DNA from: Acidobacteriota bacterium
Lineage (GTDB): Bacteria; Acidobacteriota; UBA6911; RPQK01; JADFOI01
Direction: 5' to 3'
NCBI GenBank assembly: GCA_963663035.1
Contig: OY760074.1
Span: 2,304,001 to 2,368,000 of the forward strand
DNA: 64,000 nucleotides
A program made the translations under genes and the position numbers. Below the pieces are notes generated by a model. The model was not told where the DNA came from. It was given only the letters and a program-made list of their open reading frames with translations, and made no database searches. Of this stretch, positions 11,384 to 20,549 are shown in pieces. Every line of letters begins with the position of its first letter. Position 1 is the stretch's first letter.

Positions 11384-11432
11384 TGTCAGTTGTCAGGTGT
11401 CAGCTGTCAGTTGTCAGTTGTTTGTTGTCAGC
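11384..11432. repeat. heptamer tandem repeat (TGTCAGN)x7
   Basis: Seven units, one degenerate, overlapping the stop of the FTR1 gene. Confidence 0.85.
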
Positions 11433-13378
11433 TGTTTTCCGCCCCGACTCAGCTGAAGCCAACCCATCAGAAAGGATAACAATATGCCCAACTGTAGGGC
11501 ACAGGTTTCCAGCGTAGCCCGGATTTCCAAAACAGAGATGCTCACCATCCAGTCCAGTGGGGTTTCTTTAAGCCAGCCGATTGTCTGCAGTTCGCGCACT
11601 CCGTAACCCGCAAAGACAAACGCCAGCATCCCCAGCAGGACTCCAGTGATGGCAAAGAACGGCTTGAGCGGAACGCGCAGTCCCAGCTTGAACATGACGA
11701 AGACCAATGAGAACAGAATCAGAGTACCCAACGCAAAACCCACCATGATGGCGCCCTGAGCACTTTCACTTCGCATCCACAGTGCCTCGTAAAAGAGGAT
11801 CGTCTCCACCGCTTCTCGATAGACGACTAAAAAGGCAACTGAGGCCAATGTGAGACCACTGCCCCTACCCATGGCTTCTTCGGCCTTCTTCCGAATGTAT
11901 TCCTTCCAGTTGCGGATATCGACTTGGCGAATCACCCAAACACTCACTGAAAAAAGGACCGCGGCAGCCAACAAAGAGGTCAGCCCCTCCAGGGCTTCCT
12001 GTTGAAGGGGAGAGATCCCAAGAGCAAACTGGGTCAGCCACCAGGTGGTGAAACCCAGGAGAATTGCAGCACCAACGCCCATCACAACGAATTTTTGAAG
12101 TTGCTGGTAACCAGCCGCCGCCAGATAAGTCACCATCAGCGCCAAAAGAAGAGCGGCCTCCATACCTTCTCGCAAGATAATGGCCAGTGACTGCACAAAG
12201 GCAAAACCCCAGACAGTCTCAGAGTCGCTGAGAGCTTGTCCCGCAAGCTTTGTCAGTTCCTGCACTGTTTGAAGACGGGCGCCCATTGTCTCCACCGATG
12301 CACCATTGCGAAGATCCAAGCGATAGCCTGCGAATTGACCTTCCAGCTCAGCCGCAAGACTGCGATCCCTCTGCTCCAACGCTGGTTCTACAGGCTCCAC
12401 ACCTTCCAGGTAAGCATCCAGAGCCAAATTGAGTGCCTGGTCCACTTCTCCTCGCCGATAGGCTTCCAGGCTCTGCTGGAGCCTCTGCTCAGCTAACACG
12501 AGAAGATCCTCCAGAGACGCTCCGGGAGGATTTTCTCGATAGTAATCGAGATTTGCGACCTGCGGTTGGACTCCATCGTTCGCTAACTGAGCAATGAGTT
12601 CTTCATTGGAGTGAATCGCTAAAGCCTTTAAGGACACACGGAGAGAATTCGTGGGAGGAACCGGGTCAAAGCCATTCCGGAGCGTCATGACGTAAAAGGC
12701 GATATCCCAGCGCTCCTGATGGCTGAGCGACTCCAGATGGGAAGGCATGTCCGTACCTTCAACTCCGAACGTGAGGGCATTGAAGAGCTGGTGGGGAGAC
12801 AACTGATTCATGCGCTGATCCTGAAAAGATCGGGGCGGGGGATCCAGCTCCGCTGCTTCAGGTCCCTTTCCGTCTCCCTCTAACCCATGACACTTTGAAC
12901 AGCTCTCCAGGAACAGTCTCTTCCCTCGCGATAGACTGGGGACAACGGCTGGGTAGGAGACCACATTCAAGTCCTGAGAAAGCCTGGGAAGAAGACCGTG
13001 GGTAAGGCCTCGAACCTCACTCCAATCGCGCTTTTCCTCAATCAGAGTGCGAATCAGCTGGAGCTCTGTCAGGATCTCCTGCGCCGGGTCGAGTTGCCGG
13101 TACTGCTCCACCAGGAGCTGACTGAAATCCAGCATCTCCTGGTACTCAAATTCGCTGATGACCTGCCCGGCCTGGACCGCAGCAGCGTAGTCCGTTCCAA
13201 GATACTGGAGGAGAAAAACAAGCTTTTCAGGTTCCAGTTGCTCAGGATCTTGCGCTAGCGGGATCGACAGAGGCGATCCCGCCCGCTTCTGAGTCTGCAC
13301 TGGAACAAACAACAGAATGAGTCCAGTGAAAACCGGCAAGAACGTCAGGAAAAATAGCAAACGCCTGTTCAATTTCAT
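11414..13378 (-). CDS. cytochrome c / FTR1 family iron permease (PbrT-like)
   Basis: CSKCHG heme motif; two RExxE motifs (LREGME, YREAVE); TM helices. Confidence 0.92.
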   Translation of the reverse strand: MKLNRRLLFFLTFLPVFTGLILLFVPVQTQKRAGSPLSIPLAQDPEQLEPEKLVFLLQYLGTDYAAAVQAGQVISEFEYQEMLDFSQLLVEQYRQLDPAQEILTELQLIRTLIEEKRDWSEVRGLTHGLLPRLSQDLNVVSYPAVVPSLSRGKRLFLESCSKCHGLEGDGKGPEAAELDPPPRSFQDQRMNQLSPHQLFNALTFGVEGTDMPSHLESLSHQERWDIAFYVMTLRNGFDPVPPTNSLRVSLKALAIHSNEELIAQLANDGVQPQVANLDYYRENPPGASLEDLLVLAEQRLQQSLEAYRRGEVDQALNLALDAYLEGVEPVEPALEQRDRSLAAELEGQFAGYRLDLRNGASVETMGARLQTVQELTKLAGQALSDSETVWGFAFVQSLAIILREGMEAALLLALMVTYLAAAGYQQLQKFVVMGVGAAILLGFTTWWLTQFALGISPLQQEALEGLTSLLAAAVLFSVSVWVIRQVDIRNWKEYIRKKAEEAMGRGSGLTLASVAFLVVYREAVETILFYEALWMRSESAQGAIMVGFALGTLILFSLVFVMFKLGLRVPLKPFFAITGVLLGMLAFVFAGYGVRELQTIGWLKETPLDWMVSISVLEIRATLETCALQLGILLSFLMGWLQLSRGGKQLTTNN

Positions 13379-13392
13379 CCCTCTGAGATCCT

Positions 13393-13413
13393 AATTGAAA
13401 TCGAATTTCAATT
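13393..13413. promoter_or_regulatory. palindromic operator, Fur-box-like
   Basis: AATTGAAAT-CGA-ATTTCAATT (9-3-9), 15 bp upstream of the iron permease start. Confidence 0.65.
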
Positions 13414-13465
13414 TCAGGATGAAGGCTATCACCCTCAGGGCTGGGTTTCAAGTCGCTCCGGTAAG

Positions 13466-13656
13466 CCGGGATTATGCATAAATTTTCTACTGCAGTGCCG
13501 CAATCATCCACTCTGACTGCGTTCTACTTCCTTGGGCTCCTCGGCGTACTGCATGAGCACGCCTGCGGGGCCCGACCCGCAAGCGGGTACCCCTCGCACG
13601 CCTTGTCATCGCGGCGCCAGCGGCACTTCGTCACGAAAACCTATGCATAGTCCCGG
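13466..13656. mobile_element. MITE with IS1380-like termini
   Basis: IR CCGGGATTATGCATA / TATGCATAGTCCCGG; homologous to 38496-38640 in reverse orientation. Confidence 0.75.
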
Positions 13657-13687
13657 CTAGCCGCTCGGGGCTCGGGAGACGGCAGAA

Positions 13688-14251
13688 TTATTGGGGAAGG
13701 TCTTGGGAGCTTTCCATGGCAACACGCTCTGCAAGATCGCTCCATGGCACAAGAAACTCGTCCAGCAGCAGGTGATTGCCGCTCGACTGCAATTCCTCTT
13801 GAGTATCCTTGAACTGAAAGTAATAGAGCGTATAGGACTCGACGCTGTACAACCCGCCACTGCGATTGTAGCTAACCCGGCTTTCGTACTCACCCAGGCG
13901 TTCTCCCGACTGATTAAAAATGGGAAGCCCCTTTAATGTGGCCTCAGGAACCAGTCGCACCAGGTTGTTGGTAAGGGGTATGTAGAGTTCTTCCTTGTCG
14001 GTTCGAAAGATCTCTTGAAATTTGATCTCACAGTCGATCCCTTGAAGATCTTCTCTCAACCCCGTCAGCACTTCATCGATCTGTTCCCATTGGGCCCTTT
14101 GCAGTGGACCCCGGGTTTTGAACTTGGTGGGGAAAGTCTTTCCTTCCAGAAGAGATGCACACGCTTCTGGTCCATGAGGAAGGGAGGAAACCTGAGCCAA
14201 AGCCGATCCGCAAAAACCCCACCAAAAAAGAAATGCTACTGTCCGTTTCAT
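13688..14251 (-). CDS. hypothetical secreted protein
   Basis: 187-aa ORF with signal peptide, abutting the hemG stop. Confidence 0.7.
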   Translation of the reverse strand: MKRTVAFLFWWGFCGSALAQVSSLPHGPEACASLLEGKTFPTKFKTRGPLQRAQWEQIDEVLTGLREDLQGIDCEIKFQEIFRTDKEELYIPLTNNLVRLVPEATLKGLPIFNQSGERLGEYESRVSYNRSGGLYSVESYTLYYFQFKDTQEELQSSGNHLLLDEFLVPWSDLAERVAMESSQDLPQ

Positions 14252-15712
14252 TTAGTGCCTCCGCTGCCTCTCTTCCGTCACCCCTTCGCTCACTCTCTCA
14301 GCGTGACGAATACAATCAGAGATGCCCACTCCATCCAGGAAGTTGCCTACCAAGTATAATCCAGGCACCTCATTCAAGTCCTGGCTCAGACGTTCTGTCC
14401 TCTCGTGATGACCCACTTGATACTGAGGTAGAGCGTTCTGCCACCGGTAGACCTTCTGGGAAACAGGTTCCTTCTGAATTCCCATGATCTCCACCAATTC
14501 ATCCTTTATCCTACACACCAGCTCCTCAGTATCTGAAGTCATCCACTTCCTGGCTTGATTCCCTCCCACAAAAGAGCGCAAGAGGGCATGCCCCTTGCGA
14601 CAACGGCCGGGGAATTTGTTGCTCATCCAGGTACAGGCCGCCATGGTCTTCTTTTCACCTTGGGTGACCAGAAAACCGGATCCAGTTCGACCAGCGAGGA
14701 TATCTTCATCGTACGCTAAACTCACGATGATCGCCGAAGCATAGGGGATTTTCTCCAGCAGCTGGGCCATTGGAGGAAAGGCTTTCGAGAGAATCTGGGC
14801 TGAGACATCAGCGGGGGTAGCCAGAATCAGAACGTCAAAATCCTCCCAAACTTCCCTTCTGATCCGCACCTGAAATCCGTGGCTCAGCGCCAGCGCATCA
14901 GACACCTTGGCCTCCAGACGCAGATCGACCCGCTTATTGAGCTCTTTCAGCAAAGCCTCGACCAGCTCAGCTGTTCCTCCCTTGAGCGAAAGGAGGGGGC
15001 TTCCCTCTGCTTTCCGGCCTGCCGCCCCTTTTCTGGGAGCGATTCTTTTCAACAGGCTCTTGGTCAGTTGAAATGGGCTCTTCGTCAATCTGCCGTAGGT
15101 GCGCTCAGCCTCATAGAGATGGGGCAAGGTACTGCGGATGCTGAGAGCAGAGGCATCACCTCCGTAAATGCCAACCACCAAGGGTTCCAAGATCTTTTCT
15201 GCGACCTCTCGACCCAATCTGCGGGAGATGAAGTTTGTCACGGATTCATCTTCGATATTGGCAGAGGAAATCAGGGGCTCCAGAGCTGCTCGAAGGCGAC
15301 CCCGGCAGGAAAGGAGAGGCGTTCTCACCAAGCCAAGCTGATCCAGAGGAGGTTTCGCAAACAGACCCGGCGGTAGAGTATGGAGCTTCCCCTGTGAGAG
15401 GAGATAGGATTTCCGATGGTGGGGCTCTGACCCAACCAATCGCCCTTCCAGGCCCAGCTTGCGGCACAACTCAAGAGCCTGCGGTTTGTGTGCAACGAAA
15501 GAATCGGGTCCCCCTTCCAAAACGAACTCCCCGATCCGTTCTGAGAGAATGGTGCCACCCCAGCGGCTGGACGATTCCAAAAGAACGATTTCGGCTTGAG
15601 ACTGACTCAGACGCTGGCTCAAGAAGTAAGCAGTGGAGAGACCAGAGATGCCTCCTCCAACGATGGCAATCCTGGTGGGTGGGGAATGTCCTTTATCTTT
15701 TGCTCTTGGCAT
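14252..15712 (-). CDS. hemG: protoporphyrinogen/coproporphyrinogen oxidase (HemY type)
   Basis: IVGGGISGL, EGGPDSF, GIYGGD, PQYQVGH, GVGISDCI; follows hemE. Confidence 0.93.
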   Translation of the reverse strand: MPRAKDKGHSPPTRIAIVGGGISGLSTAYFLSQRLSQSQAEIVLLESSSRWGGTILSERIGEFVLEGGPDSFVAHKPQALELCRKLGLEGRLVGSEPHHRKSYLLSQGKLHTLPPGLFAKPPLDQLGLVRTPLLSCRGRLRAALEPLISSANIEDESVTNFISRRLGREVAEKILEPLVVGIYGGDASALSIRSTLPHLYEAERTYGRLTKSPFQLTKSLLKRIAPRKGAAGRKAEGSPLLSLKGGTAELVEALLKELNKRVDLRLEAKVSDALALSHGFQVRIRREVWEDFDVLILATPADVSAQILSKAFPPMAQLLEKIPYASAIIVSLAYDEDILAGRTGSGFLVTQGEKKTMAACTWMSNKFPGRCRKGHALLRSFVGGNQARKWMTSDTEELVCRIKDELVEIMGIQKEPVSQKVYRWQNALPQYQVGHHERTERLSQDLNEVPGLYLVGNFLDGVGISDCIRHAERVSEGVTEERQRRH

Positions 15713-16730
15713 GTACCCACTGGACCACAGCCTCAACATTTTCCAGCGGGGTTTGAGGCAGGATTCCGTGTCCCAGGTTAAAGATGTGACCAGAACGACC
15801 GCCGGCCTGTTCCAGGACCTGGTCAACTTTTTCTTCCAAATAATCCCGGGGTGCGAGCAAGGCCACTGGATCCAGGTTTCCCTGAAGCGGGGTGTCGCTC
15901 CCCAAGCGGCGCCAGGTCTCCTTCAGACTGATCCGCCAATCCACCCCCATCACAGTACCCCCCGCCTCCTTCATCAACTCCAGAAGGGTCGCTGTTCCAG
16001 TACCGAAATGAATCAAGGGAACGGAGAACGGTTTCAAGCGCGCGAAGATTTTCTGAGAATAGGGCAGAACATAACGCCGATAATCTTCCGGTTCCAGACA
16101 TCCTACCCAAGTGTCAAAGAGCTGTATGGCTTGAGCTCCAGCCTCGATCTGAGCGGTGAGGTACTGCGCCATGACTTCCGAGGCCGTCTCCATAAGTCGT
16201 TTCCAGGCCTCGGGGTGGTGATACATGAGCCGTTTCGTATGAAGGAAATTCCTGGAGACTCCTCCTTCAATCATGTAGCTCGCCACGGTAAAAGGTGCTC
16301 CAGCGAATCCGATCAAAGCTGTTTTTGGATCCAACTCGCTGCGCACAAGTCCAAGGGTCTCCATCACACACCGAAGATCTTCTTCTGGATCTCCGACATG
16401 AAGCCTTTTCACATCTTCAGGACTTCTGATGGGCTGGTGGATCACCGGTCCTTCACCTTTGGAAAACTCGAAGTCTACGCCCATGCTCTTGAGGGGCAGC
16501 AGAATATCGGCAAAGATAATTGCTGCGTCCACCTCAAAGCGGCGGATCGGCTGGAGAGTGACCTCCTTGGCCACTTCCGGTCTCGCGCAGATCTCCAAAA
16601 GAGTGTATTTCTCGCGCAGTTTTCGATACTCCTTCATATAACGACCCGCCTGGCGCATGAACCAGACCGGAGTGCAGTCCACTTCCTCGCCCCGGCAGGC
16701 TTTCAAAAACCGCGAATCTTTCTCTGTCAT
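15693..16730 (-). CDS. hemE: uroporphyrinogen decarboxylase
   Basis: PVWFMRQAGRY, IIFADIL, GFAGAPFT, LQGNLDP, IFNLGHGI. Confidence 0.97.
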   Translation of the reverse strand: MTEKDSRFLKACRGEEVDCTPVWFMRQAGRYMKEYRKLREKYTLLEICARPEVAKEVTLQPIRRFEVDAAIIFADILLPLKSMGVDFEFSKGEGPVIHQPIRSPEDVKRLHVGDPEEDLRCVMETLGLVRSELDPKTALIGFAGAPFTVASYMIEGGVSRNFLHTKRLMYHHPEAWKRLMETASEVMAQYLTAQIEAGAQAIQLFDTWVGCLEPEDYRRYVLPYSQKIFARLKPFSVPLIHFGTGTATLLELMKEAGGTVMGVDWRISLKETWRRLGSDTPLQGNLDPVALLAPRDYLEEKVDQVLEQAGGRSGHIFNLGHGILPQTPLENVEAVVQWVHAKSKR

Positions 16731-16773
16731 GCCGCTTTCATCCTATCCCATTTGGATCTCCCACGCAGGTCGT

Positions 16774-16803
16774 TTGACACTGCCTTGGGCTTTCCTCTAA
16801 ACT
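16774..16803 (+). promoter_or_regulatory. sigma70-type promoter for the leader/cysM operon
   Basis: TTGACA-N18-TAAACT, ending 7 nt before GTG 16811 (leaderless geometry). Confidence 0.65.
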
Positions 16804-16810
16804 ACGGGCC

Positions 16811-16999
16811 GTGGATAAAAGCTTGGATTTGAACGACATCGCTCGGTGGGCATGCGGAGATTCCCCTCTGGAGGGGGCCAATTCCTTCTGCACCCCACTG
16901 GACCGTCAGGCCGTGTGTGTCTGCTGCTGTTGTTGTTGTTGTACAAAACTTGTGTCAAGGGAGCAATGCCTGCTGCCGGCTCTTCATCGTAGGGAATAA
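16811..16999 (+). CDS. putative poly-cysteine leader (attenuator) peptide
   Basis: 62 aa, 11 Cys, including 7 consecutive Cys codons at 16922-16942; upstream of a terminator and cysM. Confidence 0.72.
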   Translation: MDKSLDLNDIARWACGDSPLEGANSFCTPLDRQAVCVCCCCCCCTKLVSREQCLLPALHRRE

Positions 17000-17023
17000 T
17001 TCCGAAGCGATATTTGAGACCCG

Positions 17024-17061
17024 AAAGGCCCGCAGGATTGCTCCCGCGGGCCTTTTTTTTT
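17024..17061 (+). terminator. intrinsic terminator (attenuator) in the cysM leader
   Basis: AAAGGCCCGC-aggattgctccc-GCGGGCC followed by T9; 16959-16973 is complementary to 17032-17045. Confidence 0.85.
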
Positions 17062-17100
17062 ACTCTGACGCGAATATGCCATCTTTTTTGGAGATCTCTT

Positions 17101-18057
17101 ATGTCATTACTAGTTCTGTCATCGGACCGTGAGCCGCTCATGGAAGAAGAACGTTCACAGGACGGGGGACTCCTTGCACGAATTGGCAACACTCCTCTCG
17201 TAGAACTTCAAAGGATCTTTCACTCCCCAAGGATCCGCATCTTCGCCAAGCTGGAATGGTTTAACCCGGGGGGCTCGGTGAAGGATCGTGCCGCTTACTC
17301 CATGATCCGAAAAGGAGAGAAAACAGGAGAACTTGGCCCGGGCAAAGTGATTATCGATTCCACCAGCGGCAATACCGGCATTGCCTATGCTTTGATCGCT
17401 GCAACAAAGGGATATAAGCTCTTGCTGGCCCTTCCCTCCAATGCCAGCCTGGAGAGAAAAAAGACCCTGGAAGCTTACGGGGTCGAACTCTTGTTAACGG
17501 ACCCCCTGGAAGGATCCGATGGCTCCATACGGGCCATTCAGGAACTGTACCAGAAATCTCCCGAAAAATATTTCTATCCCGACCAGTACAGCAATGATGC
17601 CAACTGGGAAGCACATTACGATACGACAGCCCCGGAAATCTATGAGGGAACGCACCAGGAGATCACACACTTTGTGGCCGGCCTGGGAACTGGCGGCACT
17701 TTTATGGGCACAACCAGAGGACTGCGGAAAATGAGTCCTGAAATCCAGGCCATTTCCTTTATGCCCAACTCCCCGCTTCACGGGCTGGAAGGGCTCAAAC
17801 ACATGCCCACATCCATAGTTCCAAGTATCTATGATCCCAGTCTGGCCGATGAAAATCTCGAGATTTCCACAGAAGAGTCACAGGAAATGCTCATCCGGTT
17901 GGCTCGGGAAGAGGGCCTTTTCGCCGGCCTGTCCTCCGGTGCAGCCATGGTCGCGGCACTGAAGGTGGCCAAGAACATTGATCGCGGGACCATCGTCACC
18001 GTTTTCCCAGACGGTGGAGACAAGTATCTCTCCGAGGAGTTTTGGAACAGACAGTGA
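17101..18057 (+). CDS. cysM: PLP-dependent cysteine synthase (CysM/CysO-dependent type)
   Basis: IGNTPLV, KLEWFNPGGSVKDR, STSGNTG, GLGTGGT, SSGA; start at ATG 17101 after GGAG. Confidence 0.92.
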   Translation: MSLLVLSSDREPLMEEERSQDGGLLARIGNTPLVELQRIFHSPRIRIFAKLEWFNPGGSVKDRAAYSMIRKGEKTGELGPGKVIIDSTSGNTGIAYALIAATKGYKLLLALPSNASLERKKTLEAYGVELLLTDPLEGSDGSIRAIQELYQKSPEKYFYPDQYSNDANWEAHYDTTAPEIYEGTHQEITHFVAGLGTGGTFMGTTRGLRKMSPEIQAISFMPNSPLHGLEGLKHMPTSIVPSIYDPSLADENLEISTEESQEMLIRLAREEGLFAGLSSGAAMVAALKVAKNIDRGTIVTVFPDGGDKYLSEEFWNRQ

Positions 18058-18473
18058 TCCGACTGAAGTCCAAGGATATCGAGGAAATCAAACGGATTTC
18101 CCAGGAAACCTATCCTCACGAATGTTGCGGCCTGATGGTGGGATCAGTGGAAAATGGCGTGAAAACTGTCACCGAGTGCATTCCCGCAGAGAATCAGCGC
18201 AGCGACAGTCCGGCCAATCGGTATCTCATTTCTTCAGAGTTACTCAATGAGGTAGAGGAGAAGCTGAAAGACACTGGTTTTGCCATCCTGGGGTTTTTCC
18301 ACAGCCATCCGGATGTCCCGGCTCAACCCTCAGCCTACGATCAGGAACATGCCTGGCCCTGGTATTCCTATCTGATCGTTTCCGTACTCAAAGGCAGAGC
18401 CGAGGAATTCCATAACTGGAGACTGAGAGATGATCGCTCTGCTTTTGATCCAGAGAAGGTGGAACTCTTATAA
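18042..18473 (+). CDS. JAMM/M67 metallopeptidase (Mec-like sulfur-carrier peptidase)
   Basis: YPHECCG, FFHSHPDVPAQPSAYD (HxH-x7-SxxD); lies between cysM and the sulfur carrier. Confidence 0.9.
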   Translation: MEQTVIRLKSKDIEEIKRISQETYPHECCGLMVGSVENGVKTVTECIPAENQRSDSPANRYLISSELLNEVEEKLKDTGFAILGFFHSHPDVPAQPSAYDQEHAWPWYSYLIVSVLKGRAEEFHNWRLRDDRSAFDPEKVELL

Positions 18474-18513
18474 ACTAACTTGAGAATCAGCAGAAGATAA
18501 CCAGGAGGCCACA

Positions 18514-18798
18514 ATGGCAGCAACTATTTATATTCCAACCCCATTGAGATCCTACACCGGTAATCAAGAGTCTTTGGAACTGGAAGGAAACACGGTTGGG
18601 GAAGTCTTAAAGAATCTGGCCCAGCAGTATGGAGATCTGAAGAAACACCTGTTCGATGAAGAGGGGAAACTCAGGAATTTCGTCAACATCTATGTCAACG
18701 ACGAAGACATCCGTTACCTCAAGCATGAAGATACGCCCATCAAGGACAAGGACACCATCAGCATCGTCCCCTCCATCGCAGGCGGATTGATATCCTAA
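18514..18798 (+). CDS. ubiquitin-like sulfur carrier (MoaD/ThiS/CysO family)
   Basis: IPTPLR, FVNIYVNDEDIR, C-terminal SIAGG-LIS. Confidence 0.92.
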   Translation: MAATIYIPTPLRSYTGNQESLELEGNTVGEVLKNLAQQYGDLKKHLFDEEGKLRNFVNIYVNDEDIRYLKHEDTPIKDKDTISIVPSIAGGLIS

Positions 18799-18995
18799 CC
18801 GAAAGCTCCTAGCCCGCCTGGCGAATCCACCGACCTTCTCTTGAGCCGCTTTCCAGGAGACTGTCTCCTGAGAGCGGCCGCTACCACTCCGGCATCCGTC
18901 CTTTCCCAAGGTCCCGCACTCCTAGAATCACATTTCCCTTCGCAGTTCTTGCTGACTGGATCGTTATAGAGGACAAGAGGAATGGGGAGAAGACC

Positions 18996-20549
18996 ATGCT
19001 GTTAAAAGTTCAGAGTGCTTCGGTCTTGGGAGTTGAAGCACAGATTATCGACATTGAGGTGGATCTTTCACTTCGTCGGGGACGCAAGTATCACGTTGTA
19101 GGGCTTCCCGACACGGCGGTCAAAGAGAGTGGAGAGCGGGTACGGGCGGCCATCCAAAACTGTGGCTACGAGTATCCCCATCTGGGCTGTATTACCGTCA
19201 ACCTGGCACCGGCCGACTTCAAAAAGGAGGGCAGTTGCTATGATCTCCCCATTGCCCTGGCCGTACTGGGACTCGGTGGAGCCCTGGAACCCGAACACGT
19301 TCGAGATTGGCTGATCCTGGGAGAGCTCTCTTTGGACGGGCGAGTTCGACCCATCCGCGGGGCACTGCCGGTGGCTTTACACGCCAGTCGGAAAAAATTC
19401 AGCAAACTTCTGCTACCGGTAGACAATACCCGGGAGGCTGCGGTCGTGGGCGGGGTGGACATTTACCCCGCCTTTACCCTTCCACAAGTCATACAGTTGC
19501 TCAATGGAGGATCTGCCAAGTACCCACCTATCAAAGTGAAGCACTGCGACTTGTTCAAGGAGCAGACCACGGGGCGGCTGGATTTTATCGATGTGAAGGG
19601 ACAGGAAGCCGCCAAGCGTGCCCTGGAGATGGCTTGTGCCGGAGGTCACAACCTGTTGATGATCGGCCCTCCCGGCGCTGGCAAAACCATGCTGGCCAAA
19701 TGCATTCCATCCATACTGCCGGAAATGAGTTTTGAGGAGGCCCTGGAAACTACGGCTATTCACAGTGTGTGTGGGCTCCTCAAAGGGAAGCAACCGTTCT
19801 TGACCCACCGCCCTTTCCGTGCACCCCATCACACCATCAGCAGCGCCGGGTTGGTGGGAGGTAGTTCCATTCCTCGTCCCGGTGAAGTTTCTCTGGCCCA
19901 CAATGGCGTGCTCTTCTTAGACGAGCTTCCGGAATTTCATCGCCATGTGCTGGAGGTGCTGCGCCAGCCGCTGGAAGAGAGTGAAATCACCATTAGCCGG
20001 GCATTACGCACTCTGACTTTCCCAGCCCGATTTATGCTGGCTGCGGCCATGAACCCTTGCCCCTGCGGATATTGGAACTCGGTCCTGAAGGAATGTGTGT
20101 GCACGCCTCCCCAGATTCAGCACTACCTATCCAAGATTTCAGGTCCTCTCCTGGACCGGATCGATCTCCATATCGACGTCCCGGAAGTCCACTACAAGGA
20201 ACTCATCAAGGATCCCGCTGGAGAATCATCCAAGGTCATTGCACAACGCGTGAGCAAGGCATGTCAGGTTCAGCTGCGGCGCTTTCGCTCCAGCAAGCCC
20301 TCGATCTTCTGCAATGCTCAGATGGGACCGGCCCAGATCCGCAAGTACTGTGCCTTGGAAGACCACATCAAGAAACTCCTGGAAAGCGCTATTCAAAAGC
20401 TCGGCTTTTCGGCCCGTGCCTACCACCGGATTCTCAAGATGGCCCGCACCATCGCTGACCTGGGAGACTCAAAGGAGATCTCCTCTGAGCACGTCTCCGA
20501 GGCCATCCAGTACCGATCCCTGGATCGCAACTTCTGGAAAGATTTCTAG
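18996..20549 (+). CDS. comM: YifB/ComM Mg-chelatase-like AAA ATPase
   Basis: VGLPD, NLAPAD, GPPGAGKT, RPFRAPHH, PGEVSLAHNGVLFLDE, NPCPCG, SGPLLDRID. Confidence 0.95.
   Translation: MLLKVQSASVLGVEAQIIDIEVDLSLRRGRKYHVVGLPDTAVKESGERVRAAIQNCGYEYPHLGCITVNLAPADFKKEGSCYDLPIALAVLGLGGALEPEHVRDWLILGELSLDGRVRPIRGALPVALHASRKKFSKLLLPVDNTREAAVVGGVDIYPAFTLPQVIQLLNGGSAKYPPIKVKHCDLFKEQTTGRLDFIDVKGQEAAKRALEMACAGGHNLLMIGPPGAGKTMLAKCIPSILPEMSFEEALETTAIHSVCGLLKGKQPFLTHRPFRAPHHTISSAGLVGGSSIPRPGEVSLAHNGVLFLDELPEFHRHVLEVLRQPLEESEITISRALRTLTFPARFMLAAAMNPCPCGYWNSVLKECVCTPPQIQHYLSKISGPLLDRIDLHIDVPEVHYKELIKDPAGESSKVIAQRVSKACQVQLRRFRSSKPSIFCNAQMGPAQIRKYCALEDHIKKLLESAIQKLGFSARAYHRILKMARTIADLGDSKEISSEHVSEAIQYRSLDRNFWKDF

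Noticed and set aside
15633-16832. Long antisense ORFs, e.g. 399 aa opposite hemE, 238 aa opposite sucC, 220 aa opposite YyaL
   Set aside because: Shadow frames of well-supported genes with no recognisable motifs.
16915-16942. Meaningless (TGT)n microsatellite
   Set aside because: It mixes TGC and TGT, is in the Cys frame of the promoter-proximal ORF, and is positioned correctly relative to the antiterminator; chance is not excluded but is less likely.
16811-17061. SAM riboswitch or T-box upstream of cysM
   Set aside because: I could not see the SAM-I core motifs or the T-box GGTGGNACC consensus; the Cys run and antiterminator explain the terminator better.
17014-17100. N-terminal extension of CysM in the ORF track
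   Set aside because: It runs through the terminator; ATG 17101 has an RBS.
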